A stretch of DNA of 4,221 nt from a phage: sequence record NC_138367.1; one strand, 5' to 3'. The notes under the pieces are model-generated. The model did not search any database, had not been told where the DNA came from, and worked only from the letters and a program-made list of their open reading frames with translations. Within the stretch, counting starts at the first letter, position 1. Every line of letters begins with the position of its first letter. Below are positions 1 to 4,221 of this stretch, piece after piece. Position numbers and translations under genes: made by a program.

Positions 1-4
1 GGGG

Positions 5-22
5 GACCCCCCTTAGGGGGTC
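5..22 (+). promoter_or_regulatory. 5'-terminal hairpin of the phage RNA within the 5' UTR (1..61); genome begins GGGGG
   Basis: Seen in sequence: 5-GACCCCC-11 pairs with 16-GGGGGUC-22 (7 bp, loop CUUA at 12..15). A G-rich 5' end followed by a stable hairpin is the characteristic 5' terminus of Qbeta-like genomes, whose complement forms the minus-strand 3' end. Confidence 0.7.
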
Positions 23-53
23 ACCTCACACAGCAGTATTTCACTGAGTATGA

Positions 54-58
54 GAGGA
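54..58 (+). promoter_or_regulatory. Shine-Dalgarno element for A2 (GAGGA)
   Basis: GAGGA at 54..58 lies 3 nt upstream of the AUG at 62..64. An in-frame AUG at 50..52 sits upstream of this SD and so has no ribosome-binding site of its own. Confidence 0.6.
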
Positions 59-61
59 CAT

Positions 62-1324
62 ATGCCTAAATTACCACGTGGTCTGCGTTTCGGAGCCGAT
101 AATGAAATTCTTAATGATTTTCAAGAGCTCTGGTTTCCAGATCTCTTTATCGAATCTTCCGACACGCATCCGTGGTACACACTGAAAGGTCGTGTGTTGA
201 ATGCCCATCTTGATGATCGTCTACCTAATGTAGGCGGTCGTCAGATCAGGCGTACTCCACATCGTGCTACTGTTCCGATTGCCTCTTCAGGCCTTCGTCC
301 GGTAACAACCGTTCAGTATGATCCCACAGCACTATCGTTCTTATTGAACGCTCGTGTTGATTGGGATTTCGGTAATGGCGATAGTGCGAACCTTGTCATT
401 AATGACTTTTTGTTTCGTACTTTCGCGCCTAAGGAGTTCGATTTCTCGAATTCCTTAGTTCCTCGTTATACTCAGGCCTTCTCCGCTTTTAATGCCAAGT
501 ATGGCACTATGATCGGCGAAGGGCTCGAGACTATAAAATATCTCGGGCTTTTACTGCGCAGACTGCGTGAGGGTTACCGCGCTGTTAAGCGTGGCGATTT
601 ACGTGCTCTTCGTAGGGTTATCCAGTCCTACCATAAGGGTAAGTGGAAACCAACTACTGCTGGTAATCTCTGGCTTGAATTCCGTTATGGTCTTATGCCT
701 CTCTTCTATGACATCAAAGACGTCATGTTAGACTGGCAGAAGCGCCATGATAGGATTCAACGCCTCCTTCGGTTTTCGGTTGGTCACGGTGAGGATTATG
801 TTGTCAAATTCGACAGCTTATATCCAGCCGTTTCTTACTTTAAACTAAGAGGGGAGATTACACTCGAACGCCGTCATCGTCATGGTATATCTTACGCTAA
901 TCGCGAGGGATATGCTGTTTTCGATAACGGTTCCCTTCGGCCTGTGTCCGATTGGAAGGAACTTGCCACTGCATTCATCAATCCTCATGAAGTTGCATGG
1001 GAGTTAACTCCCTACAGCTTCGTTGTTGATTGGTTTTTGAATGTCGGTGACATACTTGCTCAGCAGGGTCAGCTATATCATAATATCGATATTGTAGACG
1101 GTTTTGACAGACGTGACATTCGACTCAAATCTTTCACTATAAAAGGTGAACGAAATGGGCGACCTGTTAACGTTTCTGCCGACCTGTCTGCTGTCGATTC
1201 ATTTTACAGCCGACTCCATACGACCAAGCTTCCGTTCGCTACACTCGATCTCGATACTACCTTTAGTTCGTATAAACACGTTCTTGATAGTATCTTTTTA
1301 TTAACCCAACGCATTAAGCGTTGA
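62..1324 (+). CDS. A2: A2 maturation protein (attachment to F-pilus; in Qbeta-type phages also the lysis protein, inhibiting MurA)
   Basis: ORF 50..1324 in frame 2. The start is placed at AUG 62 (MPKLPRGLRFGADNEIL...) because it follows the SD. This gives 1263 nt = 420 aa plus UGA stop at 1322..1324, the size and N-terminus I recall for Qbeta A2. It is the first gene of the genome, as in all leviviruses. Confidence 0.9.
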   Translation: MPKLPRGLRFGADNEILNDFQELWFPDLFIESSDTHPWYTLKGRVLNAHLDDRLPNVGGRQIRRTPHRATVPIASSGLRPVTTVQYDPTALSFLLNARVDWDFGNGDSANLVINDFLFRTFAPKEFDFSNSLVPRYTQAFSAFNAKYGTMIGEGLETIKYLGLLLRRLREGYRAVKRGDLRALRRVIQSYHKGKWKPTTAGNLWLEFRYGLMPLFYDIKDVMLDWQKRHDRIQRLLRFSVGHGEDYVVKFDSLYPAVSYFKLRGEITLERRHRHGISYANREGYAVFDNGSLRPVSDWKELATAFINPHEVAWELTPYSFVVDWFLNVGDILAQQGQLYHNIDIVDGFDRRDIRLKSFTIKGERNGRPVNVSADLSAVDSFYSRLHTTKLPFATLDLDTTFSSYKHVLDSIFLLTQRIKR

Positions 1325-1350
1325 AACTTTGGGTCAATTTGATCATGGCA
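1250..1350 (+). promoter_or_regulatory. Approximate S-site (replicase/S1 binding region just upstream of and overlapping the coat start), placed by positional homology
   Basis: Established knowledge for Qbeta: an internal replicase/S1 binding site lies immediately 5' of the coat initiation codon. Coordinates are transferred from memory and not derivable from this sequence alone. Confidence 0.35.
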
Positions 1351-1746
1351 AAATTAGAGACTGTTACTTTAAGTAACATCGGGAAAGATGGAAAACAAAC
1401 TCTGGTCCTCAATCCGCGTGGGGTAAATCCCACTAACGGTGTTGCCGCGCTTTCACAAGCGGGTGCAGTTCCTGCGCTGGAGAAGCGTGTTACCGTTTCG
1501 GTATCACAGCCTTCTCGTAATCGTAAGAACTACAAGGTCCAAGTTAAGATCCAGAACCCGACCGCTTGTACTGCAAACGGTTCTTGTGACCCATCCGTTA
1601 CTCGCCAGGCATATGCTGACGTGACTTTTTCGTTCACGCAGTATAGTACCGATGAGGAACGAGCTTTTGTTCGTACAGAGCTTGTCGCTCTGCTCGCTAG
1701 TCCTCTGTTGATTGATGCTATCGATCAGCTGAACCCAGCGTATTGA
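1345..1746 (+). CDS. cp: Major coat (capsid) protein
   Basis: AUG at 1345 (MAKLETVTLSNIGKDGKQTLVLNPRGVNPTNGVA...) to UGA at 1744..1746 is 402 nt = 133 aa, matching the levivirus coat protein in size and sequence. The ORF-track start at 1321 is a UUG overlapping the A2 stop and is not the real start. Confidence 0.92.
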   Translation: MAKLETVTLSNIGKDGKQTLVLNPRGVNPTNGVAALSQAGAVPALEKRVTVSVSQPSRNRKNYKVQVKIQNPTACTANGSCDPSVTRQAYADVTFSFTQYSTDEERAFVRTELVALLASPLLIDAIDQLNPAY

Positions 1747-2337
1747 ACACTGCTCATTGCCGGTGGTGGCTCAGGGTCTAAACCCGATCCGGTTATCATT
1801 CCGGATCCACCGATCGATCCGCCGCCAGGGACAGGTAAATATACTTGTCCTTTCGCAATTTGGTCCCTAGAGGAGGTTTACGAGCCTCCTACTAAGAACC
1901 GACCGTGGCCTATCTATAACGCTATCGAACTCCAGCCTCGCAAGTTTGATGTTGCCCTTAAAGATCTTTTGGGCAATACAAAATGGCGCGACTGGGATTC
2001 ACGGCTTAGTTATACCACGTTTCGCGGTTGCCGTAGCAACGGTTATATTGACCTTGATGCGTCTTATCTTGCTACTGATCAGGCTATGCGTGATCAGAAG
2101 TACGATATTCGCGAAGGCAAGAAACCCGGTGCTTTCGGTAACGTTGAGCGATTCATTTATCTTAAGTCGATAAATGCTTATTGCTCTCTTAGCGATATTG
2201 CGGCCTATCACGCCGATGGTGTGATAGTTGGCTTTTGGCGCGATCCATCTAGTGGTGGTGCCATACCGTTTGACTTCACTAAGTTTGATAAGACTAAATG
2301 TCCTATTCAAGCCGTGATAGTCGTTCCTCGTGCTTAG
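1345..2337 (+). CDS. A1: A1 read-through protein (coat protein with C-terminal extension; minor capsid protein required for infectivity)
   Basis: The coat frame continues through UGA 1744..1746 into ...TLLIAGGGSGSKPDPVIIPDPPIDPPPGTGKYTCPFAIWSLEEVYEPP...AVIVVPRA and ends at tandem stops UAG UAA (2335..2340). Total is 330 sense codons including the read-through codon. The Gly/Pro-rich linker after the coat domain is typical of A1. Confidence 0.85.
1744..1746 (+). other. Leaky UGA stop codon of the coat gene (programmed read-through site, decoded at low frequency by tRNA-Trp)
   Basis: The coat ends in UGA followed by A (UGA-A). The same frame stays open with no stop from 1747 to the UAG at 2335..2337, which I checked codon by codon. 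This is the hallmark of Qbeta-type A1 read-through. Confidence 0.85.
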
Positions 2338-2342
2338 TAACT

Positions 2343-2347
2343 AAGGA
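2343..2347 (+). promoter_or_regulatory. Shine-Dalgarno element for the replicase gene (AAGGA)
   Basis: AAGGA at 2343..2347 lies 8 nt upstream of AUG 2356. The AUG at 2347..2349 overlaps the SD itself and is therefore an unlikely start. Confidence 0.6.
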
Positions 2348-2351
2348 TGAA

Positions 2352-2371
2352 ATGCATGTCTAAGACAGCAT
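2352..2371 (+). promoter_or_regulatory. Coat-protein translational operator hairpin at the replicase start (repressor binding site and packaging signal)
   Basis: Seen in sequence: AUGCAUGUCUAAGACAGCAU forms an 8-bp stem with a single bulged A (position 2356, the A of the start codon) and a 3-nt loop UAA (2361..2363). The replicase AUG (2356..2358) lies inside the 5' arm. This matches the known Qbeta operator architecture of 3-nt loop plus bulged A. Confidence 0.8.
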
Positions 2372-4125
2372 CTTCGCATAACTCTCTTAGCGCACAATTG
2401 CGCCGAGCTGCGAACACAAGAATTGAGGTCGAAGGTAACCTCGCACTTTCCATCGCCAACGATCTACTGTTGGCTTATGGTCAATCGCCATTTAACTCCG
2501 AAGCTGAGTGTATTTCACTCAGTCCGAGATTTGACGGGACCCCGGATCACTTTAGGATAAATTATCTTAAAGCCGAGGTCATGTCGAAGTATGACGATTT
2601 CAGCCTAGGTATTGATACCGAAGCTGCTGCCTGGGAAAAGTTCCTGGCAGCAGAGGCTGAATGTGCTTTAACGAACGCTCGTCTCTATAGGCCTGACTAC
2701 AGTGAGGATTTCAATTTCTCACTGGGCGAGTCATGTATTCACATGGCTCGCAGAAAAATAGTCAAGCTAATAGGAGATGCTCCGTCCGTTGAGGGTATGT
2801 TGCGTCACTGCCGATTTTCTGGCGGTGCCACAACAACGAATAACCGTTCGCACGGCCATCCGTCCTTCAAGTTTGCGCTTCCACAAGCGTGTACGCCTCG
2901 GGCTTTGAAATATGTTTTGGCTCTTAGAGCTTCTACACATTTCGATATCAGGGTTTCTGATATTAGCCCTTTTAATAAAGCAGTTACTGTACCTAAGAAC
3001 AGTAAAACCGATCGTTGTATTGCTATCGAACCCGGCTGGAATATGTTTTTTCAACTAGGCATCGGTGGCATCCTACGCGATCGGTTGCGTTGCTGGGGTA
3101 TCGATCTGAACGATCAGACGATAAATCAGCATCGCGCTCACGAAGGCTCCGTTACTAATAATTTAGCAACGGTTGATCTCTCAGCGGCAAGCGATTCTAT
3201 ATCTCTTGCTCTCTGTGAGCTCTTATTGCCCCCAGGTTGGTTTGAGGTTCTTATGGATCTCAGATCACCAAAAGGGCGGTTGCCTGACGGTAGTGTTGTT
3301 ACCTATGAGAAAATATCCTCGATGGGTAACGGATACACATTCGAGCTTGAGTCGCTTATCTTTGCTTCTCTTGCTCGTTCCGTTTGTGAGATACTGGACT
3401 TAGACTCGTCTGAGGTCACTGTTTACGGAGACGATATTATTTTACCGTCCTGTGCAGTCCCTGCCCTTCGGGAAGTTTTTAAGTATGTTGGTTTTACGAC
3501 CAATACTAAAAAGACTTTCTCCGAGGGGCCGTTCAGAGAGTCGTGCGGTAAGCACTACTATTCTGGCGTAGATGTTACTCCCTTTTACATACGTCACCGT
3601 ATAGTGAATCCTACCGATTTAATATTGGTTTTGAATAACCTATATCGGTGGGCCACGATTGATGGCGTATGGGATCCTAGGGCCCATTCCGTATACCTCA
3701 AGTATCGTAAGTTGCTGCCTAAACAGCTGCAACGTAATACTATACCTGATGGTTACGGTGATGGAGCCCTCGTCGGATCGGTCTTGATCAATCCTTTCGC
3801 GAAAAACCGCGGGTGGATCCGGTACGTACCGGTGATCATAGACCACACAAGGGACCGAGAGCGCGTTGAATCGGGGTCGTATCTTTACGACCTCTTTTCG
3901 CGTTGTTTCTCGGAAGGTAACGATGGGTTGCCTTTAAGGGGTCCGTCGAGTTGCGATTCTGTAGATCTATCTGCCATTGATCAACTTATCTGTAGGAGTA
4001 ATCCTACAAAGATAAGTAGATCTACCGGTAAGTTCGATATACAGTATATCGCGTGCGGTAGCCGTGTTCTGGCACCCTACGGGGTTTTCCAGGGCACGAA
4101 GGTTACATCTCTACACGAGGTATAA
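2356..4125 (+). CDS. rep: RNA-dependent RNA polymerase, replicase beta subunit
   Basis: AUG 2356 (MSKTASSHNSLSAQLRRAANTRIEVEG...) to UAA 4123..4125 is 1770 nt = 589 aa. The catalytic YGDD motif is encoded at 3424..3435 (TAC GGA GAC GAT, in ...SSEVTVYGDDIILPS...). Size and sequence match the Qbeta replicase. Confidence 0.93.
   Translation: MSKTASSHNSLSAQLRRAANTRIEVEGNLALSIANDLLLAYGQSPFNSEAECISLSPRFDGTPDHFRINYLKAEVMSKYDDFSLGIDTEAAAWEKFLAAEAECALTNARLYRPDYSEDFNFSLGESCIHMARRKIVKLIGDAPSVEGMLRHCRFSGGATTTNNRSHGHPSFKFALPQACTPRALKYVLALRASTHFDIRVSDISPFNKAVTVPKNSKTDRCIAIEPGWNMFFQLGIGGILRDRLRCWGIDLNDQTINQHRAHEGSVTNNLATVDLSAASDSISLALCELLLPPGWFEVLMDLRSPKGRLPDGSVVTYEKISSMGNGYTFELESLIFASLARSVCEILDLDSSEVTVYGDDIILPSCAVPALREVFKYVGFTTNTKKTFSEGPFRESCGKHYYSGVDVTPFYIRHRIVNPTDLILVLNNLYRWATIDGVWDPRAHSVYLKYRKLLPKQLQRNTIPDGYGDGALVGSVLINPFAKNRGWIRYVPVIIDHTRDRERVESGSYLYDLFSRCFSEGNDGLPLRGPSSCDSVDLSAIDQLICRSNPTKISRSTGKFDIQYIACGSRVLAPYGVFQGTKVTSLHEV
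2550..2870 (+). promoter_or_regulatory. Approximate M-site (internal replicase binding region within the 5' part of the replicase gene), placed by positional homology
   Basis: Established knowledge for Qbeta: an internal replicase binding site needed for plus-strand template recognition lies in the replicase gene roughly 1.3-1.6 kb from the 3' end. Coordinates are approximate, transferred from memory, and not demonstrated by this sequence alone. Confidence 0.3.
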
Positions 4126-4133
4126 CCTGGGAG

Positions 4134-4150
4134 GGCGCCAATATGGCGCC
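4134..4150 (+). other. 3' UTR hairpin 1 (GGCGCC / AAUAU loop / GGCGCC)
   Basis: Seen in sequence: 4134-GGCGCC-4139 pairs with 4145-GGCGCC-4150 (6 bp, all G-C, loop AAUAU). It starts 9 nt after the replicase stop. Confidence 0.65.
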
Positions 4151-4151
4151 T

Positions 4152-4175
4152 AATTGTGAATAAATTATCACAATT
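4152..4175 (+). other. 3' UTR hairpin 2 (AAUUGUGA / 8-nt A/U loop / UCACAAUU)
   Basis: Seen in sequence: 4152-AAUUGUGA-4159 pairs perfectly with 4168-UCACAAUU-4175 (8 bp). The loop AUAAAUUA (4160..4167) is exposed and A/U-rich. Confidence 0.65.
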
Positions 4176-4187
4176 ACTCTTACGAGT

Positions 4188-4221
4188 GAGAGAGGGATCT
4201 GCTTAGCCCTCTCTCCTCCCA
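4188..4221 (+). other. 3'-terminal hairpin plus single-stranded CCUCCCA tail (replicase initiation site; terminal A is non-templated in leviviruses)
   Basis: Seen in sequence: 4188-GAGAGAGGG-4196 pairs with 4207-CCCUCUCUC-4215 (9 bp, loop AUCUGCUUAG). The genome then ends ...CUCCCA-3' at 4221. A CCCA 3' end is the canonical Qbeta-type terminus. Confidence 0.75.

Noticed and set aside
1321-1344. UUG-initiated extension of the coat ORF (MKLWVNLI...) overlapping the A2 stop
   Set aside because: It is an artefact of ORF calling with alternative start codons. The coat protein N-terminus is MAKLETVTL..., starting at AUG 1345.
1439-1624. +1-frame ORF (61 aa, Arg-rich) nested inside the coat gene
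   Set aside because: It starts with GUG with no Shine-Dalgarno and the product is highly basic and low-complexity (MLPRFHKRVQFLRWRSV...), not membrane-like. This is not where Qbeta-type phages carry a gene, so it is most likely a chance ORF.
1999-2310. Minus-strand ORF (103 aa) antisense to the A1 read-through region
   Set aside because: In an ssRNA(+) levivirus the minus strand is only a replication template and is not translated. The ORF has no homology signal I recognise and is of a length expected by chance.
2347-2355. Upstream in-frame AUG (MKCM...) for the replicase
   Set aside because: The AUG at 2347 overlaps the Shine-Dalgarno sequence itself, so spacing is wrong. AUG 2356 has correct SD spacing, gives the MSKTASS N-terminus characteristic of the replicase, and sits in the operator hairpin.
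2767-3054. Minus-strand ORF (95 aa) antisense to the replicase gene
   Set aside because: Same reason: the antisense strand of an RNA phage genome is not an mRNA, and the ORF is chance-length with no supporting signals.
3173-3403. +1-frame ORF (76 aa, Leu-rich) nested inside the replicase gene
   Set aside because: The only start is UUG and there is no AUG or SD. The leucine-rich hydrophobicity is what an off-frame reading of a coding region often yields. No support for expression.
3640-3846. Minus-strand ORF (68 aa) antisense to the replicase gene
   Set aside because: Same reason: antisense of an RNA phage, with no RBS logic applicable.
1-4221. A novel defence or other undescribed biological system, CRISPR array, tRNA or mobile element
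   Set aside because: Every part of the window is accounted for by the canonical levivirus genes and terminal structures. There are no direct-repeat arrays, no tRNA-like cloverleaf candidates, no inverted terminal repeats of a transposon and no unexplained intergenic space (gaps are 20 nt and 18 nt). Claiming novelty would not be supported.

Overview
The window (4221 nt) is a complete, plus-sense genome of a Qbeta-type single-stranded RNA coliphage (Fiersviridae/Leviviridae, Qubevirus-like), written as DNA. It runs from the 5' GGGG terminus to the 3' CCCA terminus. All four canonical products are present on the + strand in the classic order: A2 maturation/lysis protein (62..1324, 420 aa), coat protein (1345..1746, 133 aa), the A1 coat read-through protein made by suppression of the leaky coat UGA (1345..2337), and the replicase beta subunit with its YGDD motif (2356..4125, 589 aa). 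The coat-protein operator hairpin at the replicase start and the 5' and 3' terminal hairpins are visible in the sequence. I see no inserted foreign cargo, CRISPR array, tRNA or mobile element. This is a well-characterised kind of system rather than an undescribed one. What deserves a second look is minor: an in-frame upstream AUG before A2, a cryptic +1-frame ORF with a hydrophobic segment inside the read-through domain, a candidate long-range loop complementarity, and a possible 1-codon length difference in A1. Identity to Qbeta is judged from recalled protein sequences and architecture, not from a search.
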